From Lytechinus pictus (taxonomy: Eukaryota): a stretch of 64,000 bases of DNA. The notes under the pieces are model-generated. The model ran no database searches, was not told where the DNA came from, and saw only the letters and a list, made by a program, of their open reading frames with translations. Of the stretch, positions 25,130 through 39,692 are shown piece by piece. Numbering within the stretch: the first letter of the stretch is position 1; each line of letters begins with the position of its first letter. Made by a program: the position numbers and the translations under genes. The DNA is taken from NCBI RefSeq assembly GCF_037042905.1, contig NC_087246.1:5210001-5274000 (forward strand), given 5' to 3'.

Positions 25130-27880
25130 TGGCGCTTCAACAATCACTGTCAAGATTTAATCCAAGTCAGCTTGTTGTCATCGGGGGCGACTTTAACCTC
25201 CCAGGCTGGGACTGGACAAACCAGACAGTGAAGGCGTGCAGCCATCCTGCTCTTCACCATAAGTTTGGGGAAATGTTGGATGATCATGGCCTTACCCAAC
25301 TTGTAGAAGAACCTACAAGACGGCTCACACTCTGGACTTGTTCCTCACCAACAATCCCACCCTTGCCTTCAATGTATGTGTCCTTCCTAGCATATCGGAT
25401 CATGACTGTCACGACTCTGCTGACCTTTGACATGAAACCATCAAGAAGGCATCAAATGCCTAGAAAGGTTCCAGTCTACAGCAAAGCAGACTGGGAAGGG
25501 TTCAAGGACAGCATGTCAAAAGTAGCTGATGAAATATCATCCAAGCTCAAGGAAGCCTCCACGGCTCCACTAGTGAATTATGGGACATATTTCAAGCAGG
25601 AATCAAGAATGGTATCGAGGCACACATTCCTCATACAATGTTGAAGCCCAGAGCCAACCTACCTTGGGTGACTGCAAAAATTAGAAAGCTCATCAAGAAA
25701 AGGAGTAGGGTTGTCAAGAAATGTACAAACATCTTGAAATCCAGAGGACTTCTTCCATATAACCAGGGTGCTACATAACTTTTTAGAAGCACTTGCCCGG
25801 TCAGGCAAGTAAATTTTTAAATAGTTGGAATATACTTGCCCAAAAATCTACTTCACTTGCCCAAAAAAATCATTGAAAAAAAAAGTTACCTCTTCTAAAG
25901 AAAGTTTTGCAGCTTTATAAACCATTTCCTTTTTCCAAAGTGATTTTATCTTGCCTGCCACGACCAATATTAGGGTCAGTATATCATATCGACCCTGATT
26001 TTGGTCATTCTACTCTGAGAATTTTGCTTGCCCAATTCGGGCAAGTAGTTTTGTTCTTTACTTCAAAACACTTGCCCGACTGTAACTTTTACTTTCCCCG
26101 GGCAATCGGGCAAGTGCTTATGTAGCACCCTGCATATAACCTTGAAGAGTATAGCAACAGTCTTAAGAGGATCATCCAGTGAGAGATCAGGAAAGAATAC
26201 TGGAAATATCTTGAGTCTATCTTCGATGGATCTGATGATGAAGACAATCAATTCATGGCCATGAAACGATTTTGGAGCTTCATTAAGTTCAACCGAAGTG
26301 ACAGTTGAGGAATTTCCCAACTCAAGTCAGCCGGAAAGAAGCTTACCGACCCCACTGAAAAGGCCAATGCACTCAACCACCAATTCCAATGAGTATTCAC
26401 TGAAGAGACTCCAGTACCTCCTGACTTGCTTCCCCCTTCTTCGCCTTATGAAACCATGCCAGATATCATCATCACAACAAAAGGCATCAAGAAACTGCTT
26501 GACAATCTGAAGCCAAAGAAAGCACCTGGTCCCGATGGCATCACTCCTCTAGTACTCAAGGAGCTATCAGGTATTATTGCTCCATCCCTGAGGGATATCT
26601 TCAGGAAGTCCTATATCACTAGGGAGATAGAGCGGAACCAAGCAACTACAGACCCATCTCACTAACTTGCATCGCATGTAAATTGATGGAGCATATCCTT
26701 GCAAGTAATATCATGAAGCATGGAAACCACCAGGATATTCTGTACCCTCTTCAGCATGGCTTTAGACAACACAGGTCATGTGAGCTACAATTGTTAGGAC
26801 TGGTAGACCTGACCAACAACCTTCAAGATGGAAAGCAGACAGACATCTTAGTTCTGGACTTTAGCAAGGCATTTGACAAGGTGGGTCACCAGCGCCTTCT
26901 CCGGAAACTGGAGTTCTATGGAGTTAGAGGACATAATAACTGCTTGATTGCCAACTTTCTTCATATCAGGAAGCAGCAAGAGCTCCTGGATGGTCGTAGT
27001 TCATCTCAAATTGATGTAAATTCAGGCGTGCCACAGGGCTCTGTCCTCGGCCCCTGCCTCTTTCTCTACTTTATCAATGACCTGCCTGATCAACTCAAGT
27101 CAAGAGTCCGACTGTTTGCTGATGATGCTATCATCTTCTCACAGTTCAGTCAGATACTGATGATGACCAGCTGCAACAAGACCTCAACAAACTAAGTGAG
27201 TGGACCAGTAAGTGGATGATGGAATTGAACACCAATAAGTGTGAAGTCATCACAGTTACCAGGAAGCAAAACAGGATTGTACAACAGTACAAATTCAACG
27301 ATGCTATCCTTACTCTTGTAGAAGCAACAAAATATCTTGACAGTGTCACTATCACTTCATACCTGAAGTGGAACAGTCACATCAGCAATGTTTGTCAAAA
27401 GGCTAACAACACCCTTGCCTTCCTACGAAGAAACCTGCGAGTAAACTCTCCCAAGTTGAAAGCTACAGCATACCGCTCACTTGTCAGACCTTTGGTAGAA
27501 TATGCATCTACTGTCTGGAATCCATCTACCTCCAAGAACATCTACAAGCTTGAAATGATCCAACGCAGAGCAGCTAGATTCACACTGAATTGATATCACA
27601 ATACATCAAGTGTGTCATCGATGCTGTAGGAGCTAGGATGGACATCCCTTCAACAACGACGAGAAATCTCTCGCCTTGTGATGTTCTACAAGATCCACAA
27701 AGAGCTTGTCCCATTCAACTCTGATGCATACATAACCAAATGTACTAGATCAACAAGAGCTGTTCACACTCAAGGATATCTCATGCCACAATCACGGACC
27801 CAACAACATCAATGCTCCTTCCCCAGAACCATCAAGATGTGGAACACTCTCCCAGTAAATATTGTGACAGCACCATTTGA
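25130..27880 (+). mobile_element. Degenerate non-LTR retrotransposon (APE C-terminus + RT) in TBL2 intron 1, antisense to host
   Basis: GGDFNLP, KAPGPDGI, QHGFR, LDFSKAFDKV, GVPQGSVLGP, FADD, YRSLVRPLVEY motifs spread over frameshifted ORFs. Confidence 0.92.
25764..26132. mobile_element. hAT-like MITE inserted in the LINE
   Basis: TIR cagggtgctacataa/ttatgtagcaccctg; perfect 8-bp TSD catataac; internal cttgccc repeats. Confidence 0.95.
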
Positions 27881-28076
27881 AAATTATCCAACTCTGGGTA
27901 GTTTTTACCAATACTGTGTAGTTTTCACCCAAAGCACACATTATTGGTTTAAAACTGCCCAGAATTTGATAAAGTTTTAACCAATTGTTGTGTGGACAGT
28001 ATGTTGCCGAACATTTTTAAGAAGGTAAGAAACACCCATACATTTCATTCGCTACACATTTCGAAATTCATGTGGT

Positions 28077-28155
28077 ACCTCTGCCATTATTACCACTGCC
28101 ATTTTTACCTCTGCCATTTTTTCCTCTGCCATTTTTTCCTCTGCCATTTTTACCC
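28077..28155. repeat. 15-bp minisatellite (cctctgccattttt) x5
   Basis: Direct inspection. Confidence 0.8.
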
Positions 28156-29387
28156 GGCACAGACAGTATGTAGGCCTACCGCGCGCTATAGCATACAGTA
28201 ACTATTATCCAGCCGGCCGCGCCGGCCGTCTGGCATAAGCTTTGCATGTATGAAACCACTGCAGCTAGCTGTGCACTTGCAGACTATTCAGACTAAGGGA
28301 GCTGCGATACGAAATGTTGCTGCTAAGAGATCTTCCACAGAACTTTGAAAATCTACGTCAAAGTCACATTTTACACCAATGAAATGCCCTTCTACAGTCC
28401 ATATTACTAAAATCTGGTGTAACCTGAATATTTGCAAGCATTAAAAAGAGGAATTATGACCTCTCTTTTGACTCAAAAAGACAGATTTCCAAATGCATTA
28501 ATACACATAAAACACATAGGTGAGCGCATCACAGTCCCACGTGTGAATTTGTATGTATGTTGATACTTGGTTTCTTTCAAAGCGGTGTCTTTTCTAGCCA
28601 AAAATAAACAGACAGTTTCTTGCTTTCTTGTTTATAAATGACTTCTTAAATCACTCTTGAGGAAGTAAATACTTTGGGAATGCATTAATTGATATGAAAT
28701 GTGAATTATTCCAGCATTTTGGCAAATATAGAGGACTTTTCTCACACTGTTTTTTTCCAGATATAACCTTTGTCGTTTTTTTTTTCTTTCATTTTTTTTT
28801 TAGTGGTTAAACCATTTATACCCCTTCCCATTGAATATGCCTGATTAAAGAATATGTTTCTACTGAAAAATAATAATAATAATTTTCCCAATTTTTTATT
28901 AATTTTGTTTTATTCATTTTTCTTTCATTTTCTTTTGTTTTTTTTCTCTAAACTTTTTCTTTTTTCTCTGTTCTTTGTTTTTTTCTTTCTTCATTTTCTT
29001 TCTTTTGTTTTATTTCACTTATTTATTTTATTATTATTTTTTTCTTTTTTTAATATACTATTCTAAAAATTATTTTTGTTTCCCCTTATTATGCATTGTT
29101 CTAACTTTGCAGCATATTTTTCTGTGATTTTCTCCTGCTATAATATGCTGGCAAAGAGAAAATAAACTGGATTTGGGGCCTGCATAATCTAGGTTTTAGG
29201 ATTCAAAAAGGAAGAAAGGAAAAATAATTGTTTTGTACTTCTATCTGAGTTTGCAATGCACTATTTATTTACTTTACCATTATGAGTGTGTCTATACAGA
29301 GATTTAAAAAAAAGTCCACACAACCTGGGAACAATACAATTTTTTTAATCATTTCATATTTACAATGATAGAACAATTTATATATTA

Positions 29388-30358
29388 GGCCATGAGAAGT
29401 AAGGTATTAGATTTGCGTCCGAAAATTTTTCAAATGACATGAGGCTTTTTTTCATTATTCATTATTCATTATCTAGCGGGCGTGTACATTTTGCTTATTC
29501 ATGACGTCATCCAGCCACTGCCGAGGGCCAATTTATAAATGAAAATATAGTAAGCATGCATACTGCAAGCCTTCCATAGCCCCACACAGTATTCCACCAA
29601 AACAAGTTTGCAATTCTCTATCACCTCGTACCAAAATCGACCTAGAATTTCACCTTCCTATATTTTATATGAATTATGAAAGGTATTCTCGGAGGATCTA
29701 TTTTCTCACCGATACCGCACAGGTAAGTGAATTTCGATTACTTCTTGCTTTTCGGTCAAAATCTTACGAATTAGCGTCGATATGGCATCGTGTTTGTTGG
29801 AGTTTGTAGAGTCTATCGCAACGTATACAAAGTCAATTGATTTCCGGGTTTCGGAGCGTCGCGTGAATATATATATTTTTTTTAACAAACAAGTGCACAC
29901 CTAGTTACCAATAATGCATATAGCATTTCCATTTATTTGAAAGCAGGATAAAAGAGCATTGTAGATTAAATGCCTTGCTCACGGCCATAGGTGCCGCGGC
30001 CGGGGATCGAACCCCGGACTTTCCATGTATAGCCAGGCGCCTTAGACCACTCAGCCACGGCACCTCCACTATATGCATGAAATTGCAGAGTCTCGATAAT
30101 TTTCGATCGATACTAGAGCGATCCGATCACGAACCAAGACCATTTCCCGCGTAGACAATGTGACCGGATATCAAAGGTGCGCTGCAGTGGTATACTGTAT
30201 GCACGAAGTAAGTGCATAAATATAACCTTTTACTGCCCAGCGATGATTTGGGACATTTGTAATTTCGTGATGGAGAGTAAGTAATGAATTTTTTTTTGAA
30301 ATAATGAAATTTTCATGCGGGCGGTGGACGCAAATCTAAAACTTTCATTCTCTTGGCC
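29388..30358. mobile_element. Non-autonomous DNA transposon with GGCC termini (TTAA-like flanks, Kolobok-like)
   Basis: ggccatgagaa..ttagatttgcgtcc / ggacgcaaatctaa..ttctcttggcc. Confidence 0.65.
29930..30067 (-). mobile_element. tRNA-derived SINE (head plus part of body) nested in the DNA element
   Basis: Minus strand ggaggtgccg-TGGCTGAGTGG (A box)...GGTTCGATCCCC (B box)...gagcaaggcatttaatc. Confidence 0.85.
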
Positions 30359-30651
30359 TTACCACAAATCAATTAGCAAAGTAAAATAACAGCAAACAAG
30401 ATTTACATACAAGACCATATGTACAAAGTGAAAGTAACAGTGGTAGTGGCTGCAGAATTAATATTTCAGAAGTTTGTTTTATTCATGTTTTTTAAAATAT
30501 TTATCGGGCTACCAAACTTTAATATCGGGCCACCCAAAAAAATTATTTGAAGGTTTAGGTGGCCCAAACGGGCCAACACCAAAAAAAGTTAATGTGGAGC
30601 CTTGGCCTTGGTTTATTACTTTATAATATACAATATTTTTGTATTCAGTAG

Positions 30652-31066
30652 AGGCGCACGGCCAATATTGGAGACTGTCTCCAATGTGGGAGATTATCTC
30701 CAATATCAGAGACTTTTGTAAAGAATTTGGGTATCAAATTTCAGAGACAGTCTCCAGTTTTGGAGACCAATTTCCTTTATTTACATTTGCTGCAAAAGGA
30801 TTACCTTGGCGGCAAATAAAAATGTGATAAGCAGATTCCTCATGAAAAATTACCCCTTCTCACCGTCTACTTTAAAATTTCACCGTCTACTTTTGTTTTG
30901 ATAAGGATTTTTGTTGTCAATCACACACAAAACAAATGGGCTTCTGACCTGTGAGACAAAATTTTGAGTGGAAAAAAATTATGCTTTTGTTGGTGTTGTT
31001 TCTTTTGTCCTTTTGCAAAGCAAGTCTCCAATGTGGGAGATTGTCTCCCCTATTGGCCATGCGCCT
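30652..31066. mobile_element. MITE
   Basis: TIR aggcgcacggccaata / tattggccatgcgcct; internal gtctccaatgtgggagat repeats. Confidence 0.7.
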
Positions 31067-31391
31067 AGTACTAGTAGGCACTTCAGGTGAAAATTAGGAA
31101 AGGCTGTTCCAGCATATTTGATAGGCTCACAATGAGGCTCAATATCTACGATAAACAAAACTGTTTGAATTTACAAAGTCCGATATCTAGAAGTCAAGTT
31201 ATTGTCATCTTTGTGATGAAAAAACAGTGCTTTTTGTGGACAAAAGAAGATTACGAAATCTTATTATTCTCTTTGTTTTGGGCATGGCACATTTATAATA
31301 CATAGCTTATGGGGAATTGTACAAGCTTTTTATTTAAATCTTAAAGTACTCATATTGATTTGACATATTGGCATATGATTTCTTTGGTTCA

Positions 31392-31588
31392 AGGGCAACT
31401 TCCCCTGGACGATAACCCCCCACCCCCACCCCCGGACAATTCCCCTCCCCCACCCCCCACCCTGGACAATTACCCCCCCCCCCGGACAACTACACTGTAG
31501 TCTGTACCCCTATCCAAAAATCTACACCTAACCTAACCTAACCCTGTTTCGGGGGTAATTGCCCTGTGGTAGGTTTGTGCACAGGGTA
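31392..31588 (+). mobile_element. Short Helentron-like element with ggacaattacccc repeats and (cctaa)n
   Basis: gggcaacttcccc / gggggtaattgccc inverted pair, 3' hairpin ccctgtg...cacaggg; same repeat unit as 41856. Confidence 0.5.
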
Positions 31589-31719
31589 AACATATTGATT
31601 TTCTTTGCTTGAACATTAGAAATTATAAGTTTTCAATGAATATTATTTGTAATCAAAGAAAGAGAATCAAAATAATAATCTTAGGATTTCTATCAAAAAA
31701 TAAAAACAGATTGATTTCA

Positions 31720-32600
31720 ATTGTCTATTATCTCATTATTGTCTTGTTATTGTGGTCTCAATAAAATTGTTGATATTATTATTGTCTCATCATCGTTCCA
31801 TTATTGTCCCAATTATTATTATAATTATAAAAATTATCATTATCATGATAATTATTTTTGTTTCATTAATATTATTTTCGAAATAATTATTACAATTATA
31901 ATTACTATCATTTTAGTAATTATTGTTATAATTATTTCATAATAATAATAATTATTATTGAAATAATAATTATTATTGTCTCAATAATTATAAGGCCTTA
32001 TATTATAATTATGATTATTTTTATAATTATAATAATTTTTATAATAATCATTATTGATGACTTATCAATATCACTGTCTCAGTAATTATTACAAGTACAA
32101 TTACTTTCATTATAATTGTTATCATTATAATTATTTTATGATAATTATTATTATTGTAATAATAGTTATTATTGTCTCAATAATTATAAGGCCTTTAATT
32201 ATAATTATTTCTACAATTATATTCATTTTAATTATAAATAAGTATTATCATTATAATGATTATTATTGATATCTCATTAATATTATTGTCTCAGTAATTA
32301 TTACAATTCAAATTACATCATTATAATTGTTATCATTACAATTATTTTATTATAATAATGATTACTGTAATAATTATTATTGTCAATAAATACTAGAATT
32401 GATGTCTCATTAACATTGTCTCAATAATTATTACAATTATAATTATTATCATTATAATTATAATTGTTATCATTATAATCATAATAATTATTATTGTAAT
32501 AATAATTATTATAATTGTCTCAATATTTATTGTCTCATATTATTAATGTCTCATCATCACTGTTGCCTCATTATTGTCTTCTCTTATTGTTTCATAATAT
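31720..32600. repeat. AT-rich degenerate minisatellite (attattgtctca / ATT-based)
   Basis: Recurrent attgtctca within (ATT)n-like sequence. Confidence 0.85.
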
Positions 32601-33578
32601 CTTCAAAATAATAATTAACACCATAACAAAGGTCCATAAATCAGATATCAAATTCATGAAACACATCTCATGTATGTAAACCTATTTCTAAATTAAATTC
32701 ATGAAAGGAGCTTTCTGTGCCATTCAAAAATACGACTTTCATTAACAATACGGTAATACCATATTCTAGACATTCAGACACTTTCCAACAAAAAAATCAC
32801 TTATCAAACAAAATTCTTGAAGTTTACTTGCAGTTTTGCTCTTAATACTTATTTCACACGAATTCTACAAAATTATTTTCAAAATAACAATTTGATTTTC
32901 ATAATTAACAGAGCTCAAATCGTAATTTAAAAAAATATACAACGGCTGAAACATACTGTGTCTGAATACCAAGACTAATCTCAGGCCCAACGCAGTGGGG
33001 ATGACGTCACTCACAGCTGTTCGTATACGCTCAAATCAACCCTGCTCGATCGGCCGAGTCAGATTCACAAACACCTCATGACACTCAAAACTGAAGCTCA
33101 TATCCGCATGCTCTCTACGGACCAAATTTGATTAGAATTTAACAAAATGTTCTCAAATATACAATTTTATTACTGACCGAGTATACAAGGGATCCGATGA
33201 TTACAAGAAGGTGATTTCAAGCAAAGAAAAATAAATACCTGAATATTAGGTCCTTCCCTCGCATGAAGGTAATGGATACTCCGTCTTGTATATTTCCGAT
33301 GTTTACCAAAGATGTACGAAGCAACCGCGGGAATTTTTGACCAATCAAAATTAGCGGAATAAAGGAAGAAACTGACTCTGTCTTTTCGAGCAATGCCGAA
33401 TGCAACTCCAGTGCTCGGCCAAAGTGCCGAGCAGAGCGAACTGTGTGTGTTAGATATGCGCTTGCCATTCACTGCAATGCAAAAATCTACGTCTAGCGCT
33501 GTGTCCGCGCGATCGCCCGCCCGACTGAAGAAGTGTCTACTATAGTACTAGTTACCTCTAACGTTAGTAGTAGTGTAG

Positions 33579-36267
33579 TAGGGTGTCTGGAGAAAAAAAT
33601 TATTTTTCTTATTTCAAGAAAATATCACATTTTCTTTGTGAATTTGAAGAGAAATGACCTTCAGACTGACAGAAATGTAACATTTTTGAAAAAAATCCAA
33701 TTATTGGCTGCAAAAAAAGAAGAATGAAATGAGGTAAATTTTCAGCATTTCTCTGCCATAGACTGTGTAGTTAAGAAATGGACACACACAAATCCAAATT
33801 TTTAGCTTCCGAGAGCTGTTATAAATTTATTATTAATGCCAAAAACTTGTCCATAAAGAGTCCAATAGGATTTTTTATGCTCTATCTGATGGTATGATTT
33901 TTATAAAGATTTGGAAACCAGATCACAATGAAAAATTGCGACAAAGTGAAAAAAATTGTGCAAAACAGAAATTTCATTTTCCCATAGAAAACGCATGGAG
34001 AAATGGCAATCTCAACACACACAAAAATAAGGGTCTGCAATTTATCTCTAAATCCTTATCAGGCCTCTACAAAAAAAATTTTCATCACTTGCCCAACAGG
34101 GCAAGTGATAAAAATATTTGCTTGCCTGATAGAAAAAACTGCTTGTCCAATTTGTTTTATTATTTTCTTTCATTATTTTTTTTACGACGGTACTATTATT
34201 TATGAAGATCATATGAATAAAAACAATTGAGAAACATGTACACTAAAGAACACACATTTATAATTATAAGTATATTTTCAGCAAAGTAGGCCTGAGTCAT
34301 TACGTTTATTTTGAAGAAAAAAAAAACTTTTGCTATAGTACTACTAGTAGATCTAAATGGGCGTTAAAGGTTTTAAAAAAAAAAGTAAAAAATAAAATAA
34401 AAAATAAAAAACTTCCCCAAAAGTTGCTAAAATTTCATATTTTGCATCTTTGCATACATGAATGATCATCTGTTTGCCACATTTCCTGGGAATTGTTTTG
34501 ATTTAGTTGGAAACTATTAAGAAAATGAAGAATATTCAGCTCTTTCTTGATTCTGGAAAAGATCGTTTTATGATGTAAAAAAAAAAAAAAAAAGAGGCCT
34601 TCACCAACTGGACTCTGGAGTGGCTAAAATTTCACATTTTGCATCTTTAAATCCATGCCATATATTTTCCATATTTCCTTGAAATTGTTTTGATTTAGTT
34701 GGAAACTATCAAGAAAATTAAGAATATTCACCTCTCTCTTGTCTTTTCATCATCGTATTATGATGTTACACTCGGTCAATATTTTTTTATATTGTGGTCC
34801 CACATGTAGACTTTCATGGTGTTGCAACATTATACTTGGTCAACACCATGAAAGTCTACATGTGGGACAACAGTAAGAAAAAACATTTACCGAGGCCGAG
34901 CGTAACATCATCAAAATCAGAGTCAAGAAAGAGCTTAATATTCTTCATTTTTTTCGGTTGTTTCCAACTAGATCAAAACAATCTCAAGGTAATATGAAAA
35001 ATAGACGTCCATTTCATGTATTTAAAGATTAAAAATGTGAAATTTTAGCCACTTTTGCCTTTTTTTTTTTTTTTTTTTTTTTGAGGGGGGTTGCATCGGC
35101 AAATTGCGCAAGATAGTAGCGCATGCGCACATAGAATGTAAGATGAGATGGCACAGTTCTTCGAACGAGGTACCTGGCGATAAATTATCTGTATTTGGCG
35201 CTGATTTTACATCAGTTTCCACTGTTTTTTTACTGGTTTGACAATATATCAGAGATAGTTGTGATTATCACTGACATTTTATTATTTTATTTTCAAAATA
35301 TTCACTTGCCCGATCGGGCAATTGACTTTCAGAAATGCTTGCCCGCCCGTCATTTTCACTTGCCCCGGGCAAGCGGGTTTGTCGCGCCCTGTCCTTATTT
35401 AAAATGATCATACAAACTTGTCCTTACTAGTTACTGTCAAAAGAAGCCCCTGAATTTTCTCTTTCCATACATGCCAAACACAAGTTAACTCTTGACATGC
35501 CATACACACTACTAACCCAACGCCACAGTGCTAATCCGATGCTAATCCCCTGTGCCAGCCACAAAACCCCCCCGTGCCACATTGATTTTGGGATCGGCGA
35601 TTCGTATTCACTCCTTTCAGTAGTCATGATTACAATTGCTTGTAACTCTCTAACGATTAGTTTATCCACAAAATATTGTGTAGTAAAGTTGTAGGAAATT
35701 TCATACCTCTTATAATGTCCTCATTATATGGATTGGTTATTATCTTTACCGCTAAAATATGAGTTGTATCAAGTAGTTCCATTTTGTGGAGTGTTTTGTA
35801 TGGATAAAAAAACCTAGGTCTCTTCCCTCTCGGAGGCGGAGCCATATCTTGTAAAAAATGTAGAAATACTCAAAAAAGTCGAATGTAAACCGCATGAGTA
35901 AGTTGATCTGTCAGAAAGCAGAGTTCGCACTGCACACAATAGTGCTAATTACGGCGTGCATGCGATGCGCAATACAATGCAAAACGGCGTAACAATGATT
36001 GTAATTCCGAATGTGCGCAGTCATGCACGAAGCAGGCGAGGGTAGGAAACAATGCAAGCACAAAGCAATCAATAGTAGGCGTGCGAGCACGAGTGTGGCA
36101 TGTTATAGTAGGATACGTAACGTGCACGAAGCACTCAATGAGTTAATAATCAATTCAGATCACATTTTTCTAGTAGCCTGAACTTCCCAGAAAAAATGTG
36201 CCATATTTTCCCCTAAATCAGCCTGTTTTATGCTGACACTTTTCAGTGTGTGGCTTCAGACACCCTA
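33579..36267. mobile_element. Non-autonomous DNA transposon, TAG termini, 4-bp TSD (Academ-like), with nested MITE
   Basis: gtag|tagggtgtctg ... cagacacccta|gtag. Confidence 0.55.
34060..35391. mobile_element. hAT-like element of the cttgccc-repeat family
   Basis: caggcctctacaaa / tttgtcgcgccctg imperfect TIR; duplicated flank tccttat; cacttgccc motifs as in 25764. Confidence 0.65.
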
Positions 36268-37277
36268 GTAGTACGAGTAGGATGGGAGGTCGGGTGTCCG
36301 GACACTTTATATTTTTGAAGCCTTCTTTTTTGTCTTTGGATTACACTAAGAATATGAATTCAATCTTTGTAGTCATCTTCTATTTTGTTCTTAAGAATAT
36401 TTCCTAACATTTTGTACTAAAAATTGCTGAAACTTTGCTTGTAAATTTTTCTAAATGACTTTCTAAAAATTGATCGTCCGGACACACAACCCGTCCGGAC
36501 ACACAACAACTGGGTATAGTACTAGTAGTGGTATTGTCTATTTTTGGTTTGGTCCAATGAATTATGCGTATATTAAGTGTCCGAAATTTGAACACATGTC
36601 GGCTGCCCACATGTCTTTATACTAAACTTACTCTACCTTATTTGACGTTGAAAATTGTGAACATGCTTTTTTAATCAAATGTTCAAATCTTTTGGTGCGC
36701 GGTACCCACTCATTCAATGAACAAGGTTATGATATAACCTTGTTCTCAGTTATATCTCCATATGTGGCAAAATAAGGATGGCAATGTTTGGCTTATTTTC
36801 TCTTTTTCTTTGGGACAAATGCTTGATTTTTTTACACTGACAGTTTCCATTACACCTATTCGTCATACAACTTGGCCCTTAAGTAAATTTGATTATTTAA
36901 ATTATTTTTTTCTTAATTAAAAATAGGGATAAAAAAATGAAAATTTTCTTGCCATACTATTTTCCACCAATAGAGGGCGTACACAAAAATATGCCAAAAA
37001 TTAAAGTTTTTGAGCGCTTTAGTGAATACAAAAATTAATCCCAAGTTACTAATGAAAAATAAATTGCAACTGTACGGAAATTTGTAATTTTGATCACAAA
37101 AGTGTCATTTTAATCATTTTTTAAAGTGTGTGCTCTGTACAGCATTGTCATGCCATAGTCCAACCTGTAGATTCCCCACAGGCAGGGTGGTTGCAGTGAA
37201 CAAGTGGCGGTACCCGGCCATTTATTACTAACACCATTTCTTGGGGGTGGGATCGCAATATAATATTAATAACCTAC

Positions 37278-37422
37278 CGATTTCTTCTTCTTCTGGTTTT
37301 CCTCTGCCCGCTCCGCATACAATCATCAGTAACAAAATTATAGCTCCAAGAGAAAGAGTTATTATGACTACAGAAAAGGGTGCGTTGGCACCCTTCTCCA
37401 TAATTTCTTGCTCATTAGACAT
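37278..37422 (-). CDS. TBL2: TBL2 coding exon 1 (start codon, N-terminal TM anchor MSNEQEIMEKGANAPFSVVIITLSLGAIILLLMIVCGAG...EEEEI)
   Basis: ATG at 37422; hydrophobic segment as in TBL2; donor G|GTAGGT at 37277; phase 1 matches exon 2. Confidence 0.85.
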
Positions 37423-38608
37423 TTTGTTAACTTGTCTTTTTAACTGCAAACGTTTCACAAAATAAACTGAAGATCATGACGACTAAAAAAACGTTCCGGT
37501 ACGTATGGTAGCTTAAAAATCGCTTTTCAAAAAAGAGGTCCGGCAAAGAGGACGGATCCCCGGCCGATCCCGGTGTTAAAAAGGGGATATTTATAAGTTA
37601 AAGGACCTTTTTGTGAGAATTCATAAGGAGAATACGTATCTCGCTAATGAAAATATTAAAGAACCCTTGAATAATGAGCAGATTATTATTTCACTCAGGG
37701 CAATTCGAGCTCGAAGCTCGAGCGAAATATAACGTTAACAGTTAGGCCTATCATGAATTAAAATTACTTTTATTCCCCTCCCCCTGTTTCATTCAGTTTT
37801 CTTGCATCTTCTTTTTTTCCTCCCCCTCTCCTTCTTCCGCCTATTGATATATATGTATTGATAGTGCATTTATAGTCAACATGCGATGCGCCAAGCGCGA
37901 GCTGAATATTTGTGTAGGCCTACGAGGGACAATACTTATAGTGTAACAGGCGGGGGGGGGGGGGGGGGGGCAGGGGGCAGTCGGATTTCAATTGAAAAAT
38001 GATATTATGATAAAATAACAGAAAAAGGAAAAGGGAAGAAATAAAGGAATAAAGAAAGGGAAAGGGGAGAAAGGAATAAGACAGAATTAAAGGGAAAGCC
38101 AAATAGACTCGGAGAAACATGAGAAAAGATAGAACTATAAAAAATTTATATGAAAGGGGAAACAAATATGGAAAAAGAGGAAGATTAAAGAAACATAAAG
38201 AGAAGAAAGGTAAAACGGAACTCGGGATAGAGGGAAAAGGAATGAAAGAAGAACATGTGAGAAAGAACAAGTTCCGACGAATAAATGAGTGGGTGAACTA
38301 AACAGAGAGACGGGCAAAACGGAAACGGGAATGGGAAATAATTAAAACTAAGAGGCAGTTGAAAAGAACCGGGAAACAGAGTTGCATGGAATGAGATAAA
38401 ATGTATTCATTTTCAAAATGCCCAAAATATTATCACTTGCTTTGCCAGCTCGCGACGTCTTAAATGTCTCACTTTTGCAAAGCCTATATAAACCCAATCA
38501 AAATTTTTGGTTTATTACGCCACTGCTTTGAAGTATAAAGTATGTGTTTTGTAAAACCGTGTACCAGTGAGTTGAATGAAAATAGCGGCTACTAGAGGTT
38601 CAGGGGGC

Positions 38609-39692
38609 CAGTCAGACTGCAGGTCCCAAGAAAGTGGCTTCTTTCATCCAAGTGATATTCATGACTTGAGATGTTTTGCATATTTAATGAGCTTGATGCG
38701 GACCAAAACACCTCTTTTCATTCGGTCATTGCTGCTCTAATTGTGCATCGAATTTCATGAATTTGGTACCATTGTAAAGAAGAAGAATCATTCTTTCAGG
38801 TCATGTGTTTGGATTTATTCAAAGATTTTGTAATGTAGGTTAAAATTTTGATCTAAAATATGCTGCAAAATAAATATTTTCACCTGACAAAAGCTGCTAT
38901 TTTCACACTTTATTTTTGTTTGAGCCCAAATGATTTTTATATCATGATAAAGCTGAATATGTATGCTTTGAAATGATATAGGTTTCAAAGTAAGAATTGG
39001 TTTAATCGGGTCAAGATCACACTTTTCATTTGCCAAGTACATAAAGCAGCTTGAAAACAAGAATACTGCACTCTGATTGGTCAAAGAGACCGCACACTGG
39101 CAAATTCCAACGGTTCCAGTGCCTGGGTTCGTGGGAAGGTCACACTTCCCATGTGGTAATCTCCTCAAATACCCCGCGCCTGTTGTTCTGTGAATCTTAT
39201 CCAGCCAATCAGAACTCTGGATTTCATGCAAGTACAAAATTTCAGAAATCTCGTCTTGTACCTTGGTGGGAAAAGTGTGATCTTGACCCGATTAAAAGGT
39301 GCTGCATATCAAGAGTGGCATTGTGAGAAAGTACAGAAGTTCAGCTTTATGTTGATATAAATATCATTGAGGCTCAAAATAAAAAGTTTTGCACAATTTG
39401 CAAAAGAAAACAGAGGAAGAAAATTCAGTTTTAAGGCACATTTTCAGGCCAGAAATTTACTTATTTAACAAAATATTGTAGACAAAATAAATGACCAATA
39501 TGAAAGAGTAACTTTTACTCTATCTGATGGTGCAATAATATTTCATTTAACTTGAGGTTAAAACAGGTAAATTCTTAGAGAAAGAAAATCTCACGAATCA
39601 CGAGATTTTGCAAGGAGGAGGATTCAGCCACGAGATGATTTGGATGAATCTGGCCTTTTTGCTCATTAGCATAGGGACCTGCGGTCTGACTG
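38609..39692 (+). mobile_element. ~1.08-kb non-autonomous DNA transposon (CAG termini, 4-bp TSD, Academ-like)
   Basis: TIR cagtcagactgcaggtccc/gggacctgcggtctgactg; TSD gggc. Confidence 0.88.

Noticed and set aside
29988..30067. tRNA gene
   Set aside because: A/B boxes are present but the anticodon arm is poor and it continues into a SINE body
31526..31545. Interstitial telomere
   Set aside because: Only a few cctaa units, inside a small TE
37423..37458. Longer TBL2 N-terminus from the ORF track (MKRLQ...)
   Set aside because: Starts at a non-ATG codon; the first ATG is at 37422
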